This document shows positions 1 to 14,589 of a DNA stretch of 64,000 nucleotides, one piece after another. The DNA lies in contig OX597833.1 in NCBI GenBank assembly GCA_951406725.2, forward strand, positions 64,852,001 through 64,916,000. The letters are read 5' to 3'. The position numbers and the translations under genes are program-made. The stretch comes from Octopus vulgaris. Its lineage: Eukaryota. Position 1 is the first letter of the stretch, and each line of letters opens with the position of its first letter. A model generated the notes under the pieces. It saw only the letters and a list, made by a program, of their open reading frames with translations. It had not been told where the DNA came from and searched no databases.

Positions 1-211
1 TGAAATTAACGTGTAAGTGGCTGAGCACTCCACAGACACGTGCACCCTTAACGTAGTTCTTGGGGATATTCAGCGTGACACAGAGAGTGACAAGGCCGGC
101 CCCTTGAAATACAGGTACAACAGAAACAGGAAGTAAGAGTGGGAGAAAGTTGTGGTGAAAGAGTACAGCAGGGATCACCACCATCCCCTGCCGGAGCCTC
201 TTGGAGCTTTT
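1..211 (-). mobile_element. SINE family A, partial copy (cut by the window edge, head missing)
   Basis: Reverse complement matches the body of the full copy at 9052-9432. Confidence 0.85.
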
Positions 212-248
212 ACCTATATATAATATACATATGAATACACACACATAT

Positions 249-448
249 ATGAGGGGTTCTGAAAATTTCCTCCATGTAAGAGTATCATAAAGGCCGCCTT
301 CCGAGTTATTTTACATAGTTCAGAAAATGTAAAGTACTTCTGCAATAAGTCTGTGAGTCTGAGAGGGAAACATGTTGAATAAAATCATAAGTAGTTGATC
401 CTCCTGTATTTTCTTTTACCTAAAACCAGGCAATTTTCAGTACGCTCT

Positions 449-452
<4 letters not shown>
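249..452 (+). mobile_element. Mariner-derived MITE / internally deleted mariner
   Basis: Imperfect TIRs (tgaggggttctgaaaatttcct ... aggcaattttcagtacgctctcg) flanked by TA. The interior encodes a mariner-like C-terminus (..CNKSVSLRGKHVE*). Confidence 0.6.
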
Positions 453-497
<45 letters not shown>

Positions 498-879
498 CAT
501 GGAATGTTAGAGGTTGTGAATCGAACCAACTAAGGGATAGTATCTATCAAAAATACTGTTCTTCTTTCTCTGTTCTAGAAATTACTAATACTTTACACAC
601 ATGTATTCATATATTTTCTGAACTGTTTAAAATAAATAAATAGAAATAATATAATGTCTAACAACTGATGAATACTACGTCGGGATTCCCTCCATTTTCT
701 TCTTGCCATATACATACATACATGTATGTATGTCGGAATGAATTAACGAAGGCAAACTTGCTTGCCTTTGTGCACATGTTCTCGAGAAATTCTCTCTTGT
801 GAGATTATTCTCTGAGACCGCTCCTATACGGATCGAAATTGTTGACATACTTGCACTAAAGGTTTATTATACATTTCGG

Positions 880-1820
880 ATATCAACGGGAAATTGGTGG
901 CCTTTTGTGAAACTTTGGTAGTTTGAGGATGCTCACTAACCTTTGTTTAAACCACGATCCACACGTATTATTCCATAGTATTTAAATCTGTCGCGTTCAG
1001 AGACTACAATTTTGGTGTTACATGATCGTAATGATTGTCTGATATCAATTCTTAAGATACGTGGGCTCTGTGAGAAGGTGCTGCGTATTGTCGAAACCGG
1101 TGTGGCCTTTCACTGCGTGTATCTGTGCAGAACTTAACAACTGTCTCCAGCACTTCAAAGAATTCAGCATCATTAATTCTAAATCCATGCTGAAGGATGT
1201 GACATGATCTTCGTTACACTATCATCTCCTAAATGCAATCTCCATTGCTGGAAACTTACTTCACATAATTCTGCACGCATCAGATGTATTTCAATATAAA
1301 CACCTGTCACTTCACTTGTTAGAATTTTTGTTTAGTCGAATTTTCGTCTTCTGATAGAAAAACCAAATCTGTTGTAATCGTGAGAATTTTGAAAACTTCC
1401 TACGTAACCACTTGGCATGGATCAAACAGTTTCCATATTTCTCTGCATACATGAATTAGCCTCTCCTGAGTGGCTACGACTTGTATCCAATATCCTTGTG
1501 CACTTCATTTATGATAGTCCATCCAGATACCTGAAGTTCTTTGGCGATTGCAACCATTGATTTTCCGATATTATCATCGATAATGTTATGAAACCATCGG
1601 ATGAATTGCAGTGACGTTAGAATATCGAAATGTTTAGAATTTTATTTTATATACTTATGTACATTCGAATTATTCTCGCCACAGGCTCCCAATTTCATTC
1701 CGACTTTGTGCACAAAAGATCTTACAACATTTAGAAAGTTGACACCTTCTACATCGCTGTTCTGCGCATGGGGTAACAGATTTGCGGGATTTTACATATC
1801 TTGTATTAGCATATAATCTG
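880..1820 (-). pseudogene. Decayed Tc1/mariner (maT/DD37D-like) transposase
   Basis: Frameshifted minus-strand translation gives FIRWFHNIIDDNIGKSMVAIAKELQVS..VHKDIGYKS, IWFF, an AAPSH motif and DLNTMEYYVW-like motifs. Confidence 0.65.
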
Positions 1821-2806
1821 CCTTAGGAAATCTGAAAGAAAAAAAAACAAAACAAAAACGAAACATATTGTAATTAATTTGCAGAGAGAATTACGCTGAT
1901 TATTAAGTGTGCATTGATAGTGTGTATGGAATTGCGCGAGCCTGCTCTACCCTTGAGAAATATAACTGATCTAGAGATGGGTCCCTACAGGTAATAGCGT
2001 TGCGGGTCAGGACGGACTTGAGAAAAATGGAAATAAAGGAATGACTCCTCGATTCCTACATCTCCAGGGCGCCCCAGCGGGAGCCTCACTACCGGATAGA
2101 GCGTAATGTTATAGACATTTTCATGATTGATACATTACTATACTTATTCAAAGACGTTGAAAATTGTACAAAGTGAATAATGTTAATTAATTCGTATTAA
2201 TTCACTAGAATGTTTTTAAAATTAAGTATAGGACCAGATTAAATAGTTTTATTTCTATGGTGCTCATAATTGAGATGAAGTTAATGAAATGACGTGAATT
2301 AAATGTAAAGAAATATTTTAACATAAAAACGATAATAAAGGCAAACTTTTCTAATTTTATGAAGCAGTATAAATGCCAGATAAAATATTTGCTAAAGAAA
2401 TTGAAACTATTTTGAAAACCGTCTCAAATTCAATCTTCAAAAATTATTTCTTCACTTACAAAAAAGGAAAAAAGAAATGTCAAATAGAAAATATTCAGCA
2501 TAAAAATGGCTGTGTAATAAGATGTTCGATTCTTGACTATATAGTTTCGAGTTCTATGCCAAAGCGTAGCAAGGTATCACTGCCATTTCTTCCCTGCGTA
2601 TATTTCGCCGTTGTGGATAATTGAATCTTTTGCAGTGGGTGTTCACAGCGCCATTTCACACAAATACAAAACCGCTGTTCCAGGGATTCACATAATCTCA
2701 TTATGTTATCAAAGATTAAATGCTTAACTACATCAAGTTTTCAAGACGTAGACTAGGAAGTGATACTCTACCTCGACATATATATTCACGAGGTGCAGGA
2801 GTTCAT

Positions 2807-3195
2807 TTACTCTTTACTCTTTTACTTGTTTCAGTCATTTGACTGCGGCCATGCTGGAGCACCGCCTTTTAGTCGAGCAAATCGACCCCAGGTCTAATTC
2901 TTCGTAAGCCCAGTACTTATTCGATCGGTCTCTTTTGCCGAACCCCTAAGTGACGGGGACATAAAAACACCAGCATCGGTTGTCAAGCAATTTTGGTGGA
3001 GACAAACACAGACACACACATATACATATATACGACGGGATTCTTTCAGTTTCCGTCTAACAAATCCACTCACAAGGCATTGGTCGGCCCGGGGCTATAG
3101 TAGAAGACACTTGCCCAAGATGCCACGCAGAGGGACTGAACTCGGAACCATGTGGTTGGTTAGCAAGCTACTTACCACACAGCCACTCCTGCGCC
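2807..3195 (-). mobile_element. tRNA-derived SINE family B (CORE-like, octopus OR-type)
   Basis: Head ggcgcaggagtggctgtgtggt..ggttccgagttcagtccc (A/B boxes), ttgggcaagt CORE-like motif, internal microsatellite, tail cagtcaaatgactgaaacaagtaaaagag. Many copies in the window. Confidence 0.9.
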
Positions 3196-3224
3196 TATTT
3201 CAGCCACTCCATTTCAGCATTATT

Positions 3225-3568
<344 letters not shown>

Positions 3569-3874
3569 ATACGCATATTATGGACTCTCCTGTATTAAAC
3601 GACGTATCTCAGGATTGGCAATTTCTCAACGAACAACCACACAGAAGATTTGCTTAGAGTGATCAAATAGTTGTGATTACATCAGCTGACTCCCTCCATC
3701 AAACCGACACTACTTGAACAAATGCATCATTTGTCACATCCCAGCTGACGAAACGACCGCAGAGCAACGTGAAATGAAGTACCCGCTCTGGAAATCGAAC
3801 ACACGATCAGACAATCGTGAGTGCAAAGCCCTAACAACTACGCCATGAGCCTTTTACGCACACTACACATTCTT

Positions 3875-4020
3875 TATTTTCTCTCCTTGTTTCTTTCTGT
3901 GTTCCCTTCTGTGGAAGAGCATAGGCTCGAAACATTAAAGACATTTTCACTTCCCGAGCGTTAAACTAATACATTTGTTTGTTGTCTACACCACCTGTCT
4001 TCCTTTTTGTGAATCTCCCC

Positions 4021-4021
<1 letters not shown>
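3875..4021 (+). mobile_element. Short HHR-bearing repeat, family H1 (decayed copy)
   Basis: Homologous to 24490-24645, 33615-33800 and 58835-58985; ends at (TA)n. Confidence 0.75.
3905..3940 (+). ncRNA. Minimal type-I hammerhead-like motif (degenerate)
   Basis: CCUU-CUGUGGA-A-GAGC(AUAG)GCUC-GAAAC-AUU-AAAG. Confidence 0.5.
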
Positions 4022-4077
<56 letters not shown>

Positions 4078-4108
4078 TACATATACATATATACGTATAT
4101 GTCGAACG

Positions 4109-4199
<91 letters not shown>

Positions 4200-4609
4200 C
4201 ATATATACGTATATATGTCGAACGATGAAAATGAGTGCTCCCCAGGGTAACCCCTTTGCTAAATACTAATACATATAATATAAAAAATTTCATACAAAGA
4301 AGAAATATGGCCCAATGACGAAAACCCTCAGCACTCGAGTATCAGAACATCATGCCCAGGACAAATAATAAATAATGCAAACTATTCTTTTCTACTCTAG
4401 GCACAAAACCCGAAATTTTTGGAGGGGAGGGGGCCAGTCGACCCCAGTATCGGGTTCCGTCTAACTGCGAGGGACCTAGGACAAGTGTTTTCTAATATGA
4501 GTCCGGACCGATAAATTCATTGTAACTGAATCTGGGGAACGGTAGCTGTCTGGAGGCACTTATACACATACATGCATACATACATACATACATACCTACA
4601 TACACACAT

Positions 4610-4697
<88 letters not shown>

Positions 4698-4745
4698 ATA
4701 GATAAATAGACATATATACATATAGATATATATATATAGATATAT

Positions 4746-4794
<49 letters not shown>

Positions 4795-4840
4795 ACGCAT
4801 ATATATATATATGTATATATATATATGTATATATATATAC

Positions 4841-4875
<35 letters not shown>

Positions 4876-4914
4876 TGCATATATATATGTTTATATTTAT
4901 TTATATAATAACAT

Positions 4915-5140
4915 GCGTGTGTGTGTTTGCGTTTGTCTTATAACAACGCTTGACAACTGTTCTTGGGTTATTTACGTCCACGTTACCTAGCAACTCAGTG
5001 AAAGAATTTGTTATTATAAGTACCATTTCATTTTAAAACACAAAAGCAAATACTGGGGGTCATTTTTTTTCGTTTAAACCTTTCAAAACGGTACCCCAGC
5101 ATGAGCGCACCCCACAACTAAATAAAGCATAGGATAAAAG
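4915..5140 (+). mobile_element. Decayed 3' half of SINE family B
   Basis: gcttgacaactg..tttacgtcc..taagtacc..ggtaccccagcatg, similar to the family B body and tail. Confidence 0.55.
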
Positions 5141-5392
5141 TTGTGCTTGTACCTGTATTACGGCCATATTTTACCTGCTGGGTCATATTCTATCTCTCCT
5201 CCGCTACTTTATCTCACCTTCACAATTTCTATATCTCTTTGTCTCACTCGTTATTTCTCAATATTTTATCTCGCACAACCTTATTCTCTCTACCTTTCTT
5301 TTCTTATCTCGTTCAACTAATTAGATTCTTCTCTTCAGACATTTTCACACATTAGATTTTACCTGAATATCATAGCTTTCCGACTTTTCTGC

Positions 5393-5434
<42 letters not shown>

Positions 5435-5687
5435 CTCTCTCTCTCTTTTCCCCCTCTTCTTCCATTCTGTCAATGTATAATTTATGTGCTACCTTTTCTC
5501 TCTTCATCTTCATTTCTCTTCCTTCTCACCTATCTCTCAATACTCTCTCACTTCTCCCCACTCTCTCTCTCTCCTCAATCCTCTTACCAAGAAATATCTC
5601 TCTATTTTCACCTCCCGATTTATCTTCCAGCAACCAATTTCTCTAAATTCACCAACTTGTCACACAGTTTTTCTATTCCTCTCGAGT

Positions 5688-5744
<57 letters not shown>

Positions 5745-5890
5745 TCTCTCTCCATCTCTGTCTTTCTTCATATATATATATATATATATATATACACTCA
5801 CTTTTTTATGCTTCTCACTCTCCTTCTACATGTCTCCGTTTTACCTAACGCTCTCACTTCCTAACTCTCTATATTTTCTCTCCCTCTCTG

Positions 5891-5941
<51 letters not shown>

Positions 5942-6545
5942 CTTTCTCTCTCTCCTCCCCATCTTCATCGTCTATGGCATATCAATAATGAAAAATTAAT
6001 AGATTAATTCCACTAATCGATTTAAAGTGAAATACCATTATCAATATAAAAAAATATATTCCAAAAAATGTAACAAAAACAATAATTCTTAAAATTCCAT
6101 ATTTTTTCACCATTATGTAATTTTTTTTATTTCGTTTGTTTGTTTTTCTTTTTTCAATTAATTTTCTAATGAAATTTCATTACGTTAGTGTCTTTCAAAA
6201 ACCGTTATTATGATTCTGAAATAAATTCCATCAAAATATAGTTCTCTGCGTTGTTATTTTTATTAGTGTTTCATTCGAGGACACAACTAATCCAGTTGAT
6301 ACATGATCAAAGGAATTCCGCCAAAGACCATCCCATGTGCCATGTTTTAATTCATCAATTATATCTCTGAATATATTATAAACGCAACATCTCACCTTTT
6401 TAAACAGTGAGGTGCGATACGGAGGAAATTTTTGTATCTATTTCTAGCTTGTCTAAAGAGAACAGTGACTAGGTATGTCGTACTTGTTTGATTTGGAGGA
6501 CGCTAATCAGGATTCAGTACGATTACTCTAAATGTGTATGAAGGA

Positions 6546-6697
6546 AGGCAGCGAGCCGGCAGAAACGTTAGCACACCGGGCGAAATTGCTTAGCGGTATT
6601 TCGTCTGCCGCTACGTCCTGAGTTCAAATTCCACCGGGTTCGACTTTGCGTTTCATCCTTTCGTGGTCGATAAATTAAGTACCAGTTGCGCACTGCA
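6546..6697 (+). mobile_element. tRNA-derived SINE family C (3' truncated)
   Basis: gagccggcagaaacgttagcac..gagttcaaattcc (B box)..tttcatcctttc..gtcgataaattaagtacc. Confidence 0.85.
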
Positions 6698-6999
6698 GAC
6701 AGATCAAACTCCAAATTATGTGGCTGGGAAGCACAAGTCTTAGTGAAATAACCTTGCCGAATCATCACCTAATTTATAGAACATTAGATGTGCAACATCG
6801 TTAGGACATCGGTCAAACTATCTGCGGTATTTACTATTAGCTCTTACTTCAGATCTCATCGAGGTAAAATTTACGTGTCACTGTTACGGAGTCGATAAAT
6901 TGAATATTTTGATATATAGTAGAGATTTATTTCAAACTATCTGTTGGACACGGCGTATGTTCCGTGTTGAAGTTAAGCCCATCTCTGACCATGAATTGA

Positions 7000-7285
7000 A
7001 TAAACATTTTATCAATTTTGCTGAAATTTTAAACGTGAAGAAATGCAAAATCAGCTGCAAAAAAAACATCGTTATGGGAATTTCCATTAAAACGCCCGAT
7101 GGAGCTCACGTAAATCGATTCCAACTGAGCATGATCGAGTTTTCGAAAAATACCGGCCTTATTTGATCTTCAGGTCATGTGATATACCTATGTGCCAAAA
7201 ATCATTAAAATCGGTTGGACAGTGTGTGAGGAGTCAGAGTAAGCCGCAAACACACATAGAGAGAGATCATTACACCTGTATATAG
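7000..7285 (+). mobile_element. Possible Helentron/DINE-like non-autonomous element, 3' part
   Basis: tatgtgccaaaaatcattaaaatcggtt..ggagtc..acacac, resembling HINE/DINE-type ends. Confidence 0.35.
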
Positions 7286-8699
7286 ACATACTTATACTTT
7301 TTTTTCTGCAGCCCAAAATTTAAATAGATGACAAGAAACTAAGTCAATACCGAACATGAGTTCGAATTGTTATTAAATTAAACTGATAAGAATATAGGAT
7401 GTTCTAAGTTCCATTATATTGAATAGTAGGTGAAGAAAACGTGTCGTTCTCTATTTAAATCTGATTGATTTTGATGTTCTTCACTAATGTGAGAAGAACT
7501 GTTGAATATGATTATAAACCTGAGATGTATATTTTATGTATTAGTTTCATTAAAAGGAATCGGTATTGTATTTAAATTTACATCCCTCTTGAAATAACAC
7601 TCTTATAGTCTGGCAGAGACGGCTCTGAACTGAGCGACAGTTCATTGTGCACGGGGAAAAACATTTGTTTATATATTTAAGATTCAAACCTCTTTTAAAG
7701 TTGCTGAATCAGATTAAAACGGAGTTGAATGCAGACAGTTTGGTAAATCGCCAAATGAAGTCTAAGATATAAAGAAGTGCGTTGATTGATTAATCGTCTG
7801 ATAAATTTGACATTCAATATATAAACAAACATCGTTGTTGGTTTGAAAGTGTTTAATATTTCAGTCGATTCGGTTTTGTTTCAAATAATCTATTGTCGTA
7901 CTTTTGCTACTGGTCTTTGTTTTTATAAATCAAAGTAAACACGGAAGGAACCGGCTTATGATCAGAAAGTACTTCTCGCTGTGAACATCCCACTTTACAT
8001 TTCCTTCGTACATCATAGTCAACCCTTGACGACATTAGCGGATGCATCGCCCTTCGGCTTTGTTGCTTTTTAAAATGTTTGTTTAACGTATTAAGGTAGG
8101 AGTCGATGGAAATGGGGCAACTGTTTATAGCAGTGTTTTTAATCTAAATCCCTGTTGTGTATGAACACAAATTTGCAATTATGAAATCCCAGGCTCTCTC
8201 CATACATTGCAACATACAATGGTCTCCTACCATAGTCTCGTGTAGACACATACCTTACTAATTAAATTAAGTAGACAAGGGATTATTAGAAAGGAAATTC
8301 CACGGCTTCTATTTTTTTCTTGCCTTGTAAATATAATGCCTAATCCGTTTTTAGCACTACGACAACTCTCATACGGATGTTTTGAGCGATTAACGTTGTA
8401 TAGCAAACATTTTGTCTTCACAGTGGAGTGAAACTAAAATTCTTATTTGGATTTCTTTTTCTTCGTAACCGGCGAGATTTCTCCACAAAGAACGAAAATT
8501 TATGGCGCTACCGGTTATTTTATGAATTTTTTCATGAATTCGTTTAAAACTATTCAAATATGTATTTCTCCCTTTCACAATTTATCATCAGGTCAAATTT
8601 CACATTATGTCGTAATTGTAAAATCTGTGAAGTGGGAATGGGGTTCACTCTCTACAAGTTATATTTGTACTATTCTACAGCTTTACGCTACCTAGAAGC

Positions 8700-9975
8700 T
8701 GCGGGGGAATAGGAATGTTGCAATTAGAAATCTCGTATAAAAGGTCAACTATTGGAATGAACAGGCACTCATTTAGTACAGAAGACTGGTTTCTCCAAAT
8801 TATGTAAGAATCTGAATGCAGCAAGAAGTCGCGAAGTATTTTCAAGGAAGCTTGTAAAATCGTAAGACGGTTTGACGTTAGATTTGGCGGCGATTAAGAA
8901 CCTGCAACTACTGCTACCAACCAAGCAAAGCAAAGCAAATCAGACTGCTAATGAGAACGAGCAGAAAGAAATGAAGAGCGGTGAAACCAGGAGTTCAAGC
9001 ATGCGCAATATATTCTGCAGATGTTGACCATGAAACACTACATTAGTGTCTTTGGAGGAGCAATGGCCCAGTGGTTAGGGCAGCGGACTCGCGGTCGTAG
9101 GATCGCGGTTTCGATTCCCAGACCGGGCGTTGTGAGTGTTTATTGAGCGAAAACGCCTAAAGCTCCACGAGGCTCCGGCAGGGGATGGTGGTGATCCCTC
9201 CTGTACTCTTTCACCACAACTTTCTCTCACTCTTACTTCCTGTTTCTGTTGTACCTGTATTTCAAAGGGCCGGCCTTGTCACTCTCTGTGTCACGCTGAA
9301 TATCCCCGAGAACTGCGTTAAGGGTACACGTGTCTGTGGAGTGCTCAGCCACTTACACGTTAAATTCACGAGCAGGCTGTTCCGTTGATCGGATCAACCG
9401 GAACCCTCGTCGTCGTAACTGACGGAGTGCTTCTACGTTAGTGTCTAAAGAGTTCAGGAGTGAAAGCAGAGACTGATGGCTTCATACAGGCGCCACAAGA
9501 CCACAATTTCTTTTTTACCAGAATTTTACCAAGTTAATGTTTATAAAAACGGTGCTGATCCAAAATACAGATTCTGTAACACATAGGATGAAACAACCGA
9601 TCATTTTCTTCTAGCTGTTTTTTGCTAACATCAGAGGAATATAAAAATCCCCACGGTAGGTTAAGGCAGAAATTACATTGGAAAATATGTAAGCACTACA
9701 CAATTGGCAGCACTCCTGCCCACTGCTACGAACACCATCCTGAGCCAGTGGTTGAAGGTAAAAATGCCACCATCCCCTGGGATTTTCCGGTAGTCAGTGA
9801 TAGCCTAATCGACTAGCCATAATTATAAAAGACAATCAGGAAAAACAGTTGGAGACAAAGGACTTTTACAGATAGAAATATATCTGAGATTCCAGGTGCT
9901 CTTGGTATGATAAAACAAAGGAAGTCAGGAACACTAAGATAACATCCCAGGAGAACCATATCTCAAAGATGCTGA
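8700..9975 (+). pseudogene. Decayed non-LTR retrotransposon C-terminus (R4/Dong-like RLE clade), interrupted by a SINE
   Basis: GVKAETDGFI..KYRFCNT*DETTDH..LTSEEYKNPH..LHWKICKHY..YEHHPEPVVE..WDF..GALG (CCHC knuckle plus RLE region). Confidence 0.75.
9052..9432 (+). mobile_element. Full-length tRNA-derived SINE family A
   Basis: Head tggcccagtggttagggc..ggtttcgattccc (A/B boxes). 14-bp TSD ctac(a/g)ttagtgtct at 9038-9051 and 9433-9446. Confidence 0.92.
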
Positions 9976-10068
9976 AAAGACTGGGATGAAGTTGAAAATT
10001 ACTATTTTAAAATCTCACAACGTGAGATATTCAGCAACAGTACTTTATGTGAAAGATTGTTTGCCAAC

Positions 10069-10258
10069 ATAACATGGCAGTCCTGGTTTAGGACTAATGT
10101 TGCTGTAATTTAGCCCCCAGGAGACATCGTCTCCAGCTGGCTATACGATACGATAAATAATATAAGGACATAGATCATGTCGTATAGCCAGCTGGAGACG
10201 ATGTCTCCTGGGGCTAAATTACAGAAACATTAGTCCTAAACCAGGAATGCCATGTTAT
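10069..10258. repeat. Inverted repeat, arms about 80 bp, spacer about 31 bp
   Basis: 10069-10148 is reverse-complementary to 10180-10258. Confidence 0.9.
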
Positions 10259-10703
10259 TTTCACAAAAAGATCTTTACTACAGGGATAAAGTTGTCTTTG
10301 AAGATGCGTTATTTCACGTTGCTGCACAAAAACACAGGCGAAGAAGATTTGTGACGATGACATTTGACGTTTAATCCTAGGAGACATTGGGACACCCTTA
10401 ATTGTCAGGTCCCTGTGTTCCCCGAGTAAATTTGGTCGGGTTTCACGAAGCTATACTATAAACGCATAATATAAGCAGTGCCGATAAATAAAGTCAATTA
10501 GTGGTCTTTTCGAAACATTTAAAATCTTGACCTTATTAAAAAGCTTTGTTTTTCTTTAGGTAAAAAAAGTATGAGATTATTTTTCTCAATATAGAAACAC
10601 CTCAGATACTTTATATCTTTAAATATCGACCACTAAAGGACGGAAGTTGTTCACATTGACAGAATTTAAACGATTTACTTCTTTCACCAGTTTACTTTAT
10701 AAT

Positions 10704-11346
10704 CTTTTTCTATTCAAGGCCCGAAATTTGGAGGGAGTGGGCCAATCGATTGGATCGACCACAGTACGCAACTGCTACTTAATTCATTGACCCCCCTGAA
10801 AAGATGAAAAGCAAAGTCGACCTCGGCGGAATTTGAACGCAGAACATAAAGACAGACGAAGTACCACTATGCATTTCGCCCGGCCTGGTAACATTTCTGC
10901 TAGCTTACCGCCTTCAGTTTCTTTATAATTTTCTCTACTCTAGGCACAAGACCCGAAATTTGGAGGGAGGGGTCCAGTCGATTGGATCGACCACAGTACG
11001 CAACTGCTACTTAATTTATCGACCTCCGAAAGGATGGAAAGCAAAGTCGACCTCCGAGGAATTTGAACTCAGAATGTAAAGACAGACGAAATACTGCTAA
11101 GCATTTTGCCCGGCGTGCTAACGTTTCTTAGTTCTTTATTGCATAAAGGGGCTAAACATAGGATAGACAAAGGGATTCAATCGATTCCATCGAACCTAGT
11201 ACTCAACTGGTACTTAATTTATCGGCTTTGAAAGGATGAAACGCAAAGTCCACCTCGGCGGAATTTGAACGCAGAACGTATAGGCAGACGAAATACGGCT
11301 CAGTATTTCGCTCGGCACGCTAACGTTTCTGCCAAATCGCCGCCTT
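10704..11346 (-). mobile_element. Three stacked SINE family C copies
   Basis: Three bodies (..gtcgacctcggcggaatttgaac..gacgaaatac). Target-like sequence cagtttactttataat occurs three times. Confidence 0.88.
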
Positions 11347-11940
11347 CAGATTACTTTACAATGGCTAAAAAATATTTTCTCACATAGATACGCATTAACA
11401 GCTAAAGTTTTAATTGAGATTGACAAGAATACCTAACTATTCTATCATGCAATTCTCCGAAGTCTCAGCAAATATGTTGCGTTTACTTATACACACACAA
11501 ACATACCGCAACAAAATATATTTAAACTCAAGTCCCATAATTTGTTAACCCGTAATTCTGCGACTATCTGAGTCGCCATTTAGTCTCTAAACATTTTATG
11601 AAATACAGTTTTCCTTAGTTATTTTTGGTTACGTGTTTTTGTGTTGTTTCTTTTTAAATAATGGTTGCAAGATCACTATTCTGAAAATAACATTATTTAG
11701 AGTTTTGTTCACGAGGAAAAAAAAAATTATTTATGACTAGTTGGTTCATCAATAATTCATTTATTATTAAATTTTATTATGTCAAAAGTTGCTTAGAGTC
11801 TCCACTTTTTCTAGCTTACAAAGGCATGCATAAACACATACGCACACACTACAGCACATACATACATACATATATAAGTGTGTAAATATACATATGCATA
11901 TATTGGTATAAAAATATATACATATATGTATATCTCTATA

Positions 11941-11987
<47 letters not shown>

Positions 11988-11994
11988 GTATATA

Positions 11995-12034
<40 letters not shown>

Positions 12035-12051
12035 CGTATATAATACATACA

Positions 12052-12100
<49 letters not shown>

Positions 12101-12227
12101 TATGGAAAATTTTCTCTCACTTGTTTGAGTTTAGTTATCATTTCAAAGACCGTTTAATAACTAAATAAATAATTAAATACATACGCATACATTTATACAT
12201 ACATACACACACACTCATGTATATCTA

Positions 12228-12270
<43 letters not shown>

Positions 12271-12280
12271 CATACATATA

Positions 12281-12324
<44 letters not shown>

Positions 12325-12872
12325 AATACATATATATACATATACGTATATATATATATATGTGTGTATGTACGTATACTTATCTCTATACACAGACACA
12401 CACACACTTATACAAATGTGAAAGAGAAAACGTAAAGAAGAAATATTAGACATTTGTTTACTGTATAAAAAAAAAACTCTGTTTTATATTGATAGGTATA
12501 TTAATGGGAAAGAATTGATGTTTACTAATACAAGAGACAGAAAAAAATTTTCAAAATATAAAACCAGAAATTTATAAAGACTTAAAAATTGTTTGCCATA
12601 ATTATTTCTCTTCTGTAAATTTTAGTGCGTATTCACATATGAAGTAATTTTATATATACATATATGTGTATATATATTATAGGTATGTATATGTGTGTAT
12701 GTATATATATGTGTGTGTGCGTGTGTGTTTTCTTGTGTGCATACATACGTACTCATCATCTATTGTTAAAAATGTCTACTTTCTCATGACTTCAAGTTTC
12801 ACGCTGCAGAGGTGTTTGTCACACATCCTGTGAACTTATTCATTATCTATATAATAATTAAACATATATACG

Positions 12873-12919
<47 letters not shown>

Positions 12920-12973
12920 ATGCATATATACATTCATACCCCGCACACACACACATATATGTATGTAGTAATA

Positions 12974-13019
<46 letters not shown>

Positions 13020-13318
13020 TATGTATGAATTCGTGTATGTGTTTTTGATATATTACCCCACTAATTTCCTCGTTAGAAAATGAATTTATAGCACAAGCTT
13101 GTTGCACAGAATGTTTTTTTTAAACAAAATATAATTATATATATGTATATATATAGATATAATTTTAAATGCATTATCATACGAATAAATATAAACCGGA
13201 TGTGTGTTTTTAAATATTTAAAATGCCTCTTTCATGTTGAAATTAACTGTTTGCTTTCTGTGTACAGTCTCTGATAAATTCAATTTTCACTCAACTGCGA
13301 GTTCACCATTCGTTATGT

Positions 13319-13364
<46 letters not shown>

Positions 13365-13721
13365 TAACATTACATTTGGCGACACGAAGCAATTCCGAGA
13401 AATGATCGGTCTGGGTAAGTGACAAATATTACGTTGCACATCTCTTAGGGAGTTATTGGCACCTGGGTTTCTTACATCAAAATGAAATTGAAAAATTTCT
13501 TACATAGTTTTGAAAACTAATATGGAGCTTTACCAAATTCTGAAAGCTTCTTAATTCCGTATATAAGATTTCAAGAGAATTACCGTAGATTTTTAAAAGT
13601 TCTTTTTATTTAGCGATATCACAGGAACTAATTTTACAATTGGAATTTATATCTATAACTGAGAGTACGTACTCACACACATGTATATCTCTATCTATGT
13701 ACCTATCTACCTGTCTCGCTG

Positions 13722-13785
<64 letters not shown>

Positions 13786-14049
13786 GCTATCTAGCTCTGC
13801 CTCTCTCTATATATGTGTGTATGTGCTGGTATGAATGTATATGCATGTGCATATATGCATATATATATATGTATGTATATATATTTTTTTTCATACAGAT
13901 ATAACTATACGCATACATATATATTAATTTTAATTTATGTATGTGTCTGAGCCTGTGTAGTGAATGATGCAGGTTAAATTAAAGCCACGCTAGAAACTTG
14001 CTATAGTGTACACCTTACTGTAAATAAAACTGTGTGTATACATACACAT

Positions 14050-14472
14050 GTGGCTGTGTGGTAAGAAGCTTGCTTCCCAACCACATGGTTCCACGTTCAG
14101 TCCCTCTGCGTGGCACCTTGCGCAAGTGTCTTCTACTATAGCCTCGGGCCAACTGAAGCCCTGTGAGTGGATTTGGTAGACGGAAACTTAAAGAAGCCTG
14201 TCGGATATACGCATACATATATATATGTATGTGTGTGTGTGTATGTTTGTGACTGTGTTTGTCCCCCTCCCCCAAAGCATCACTTGACAGCCGATGCTGG
14301 TGTGTTTACTTCCCCGTAACTTAGGGGTTTGGTAAAAGAGACCGATAGAATATGTACTAGTCTTACAAAGAATGAGTCCCGGGGTCGATTTGCTCGACTA
14401 TCGGCGGTGCTCCAGCATGGCCACAGTCAAATGACTGAAACAAGTAAAAGAGAGCAAAAGAGTAAAGAGTAA
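14050..14472 (+). mobile_element. SINE family B
   Basis: Head-to-tail similarity to the other copies. Confidence 0.9.
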
Positions 14473-14589
14473 GAATATGTATATGCGTCTGCTTGTCTGT
14501 GTGTGTATATACACATCTGCGATCAGAATTGAACCCGAAAACTGTCGGTGATTTCTCGAATATTAACCTCCTATATCTGTTTCAATAAA

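Noticed and set aside
7126-7180. Minus-strand CUGAAGA..GAAA hammerhead candidate
   Set aside because: No stem III and a weak stem II; likely chance.
9054-9130. tRNA gene
   Set aside because: It is a tRNA-like SINE head that continues into the repeat body and is flanked by a TSD.
10688-11362. CRISPR-like repeat/spacer pattern
   Set aside because: The 'spacers' are homologous SINE copies, the context is eukaryotic, and there are no cas genes.
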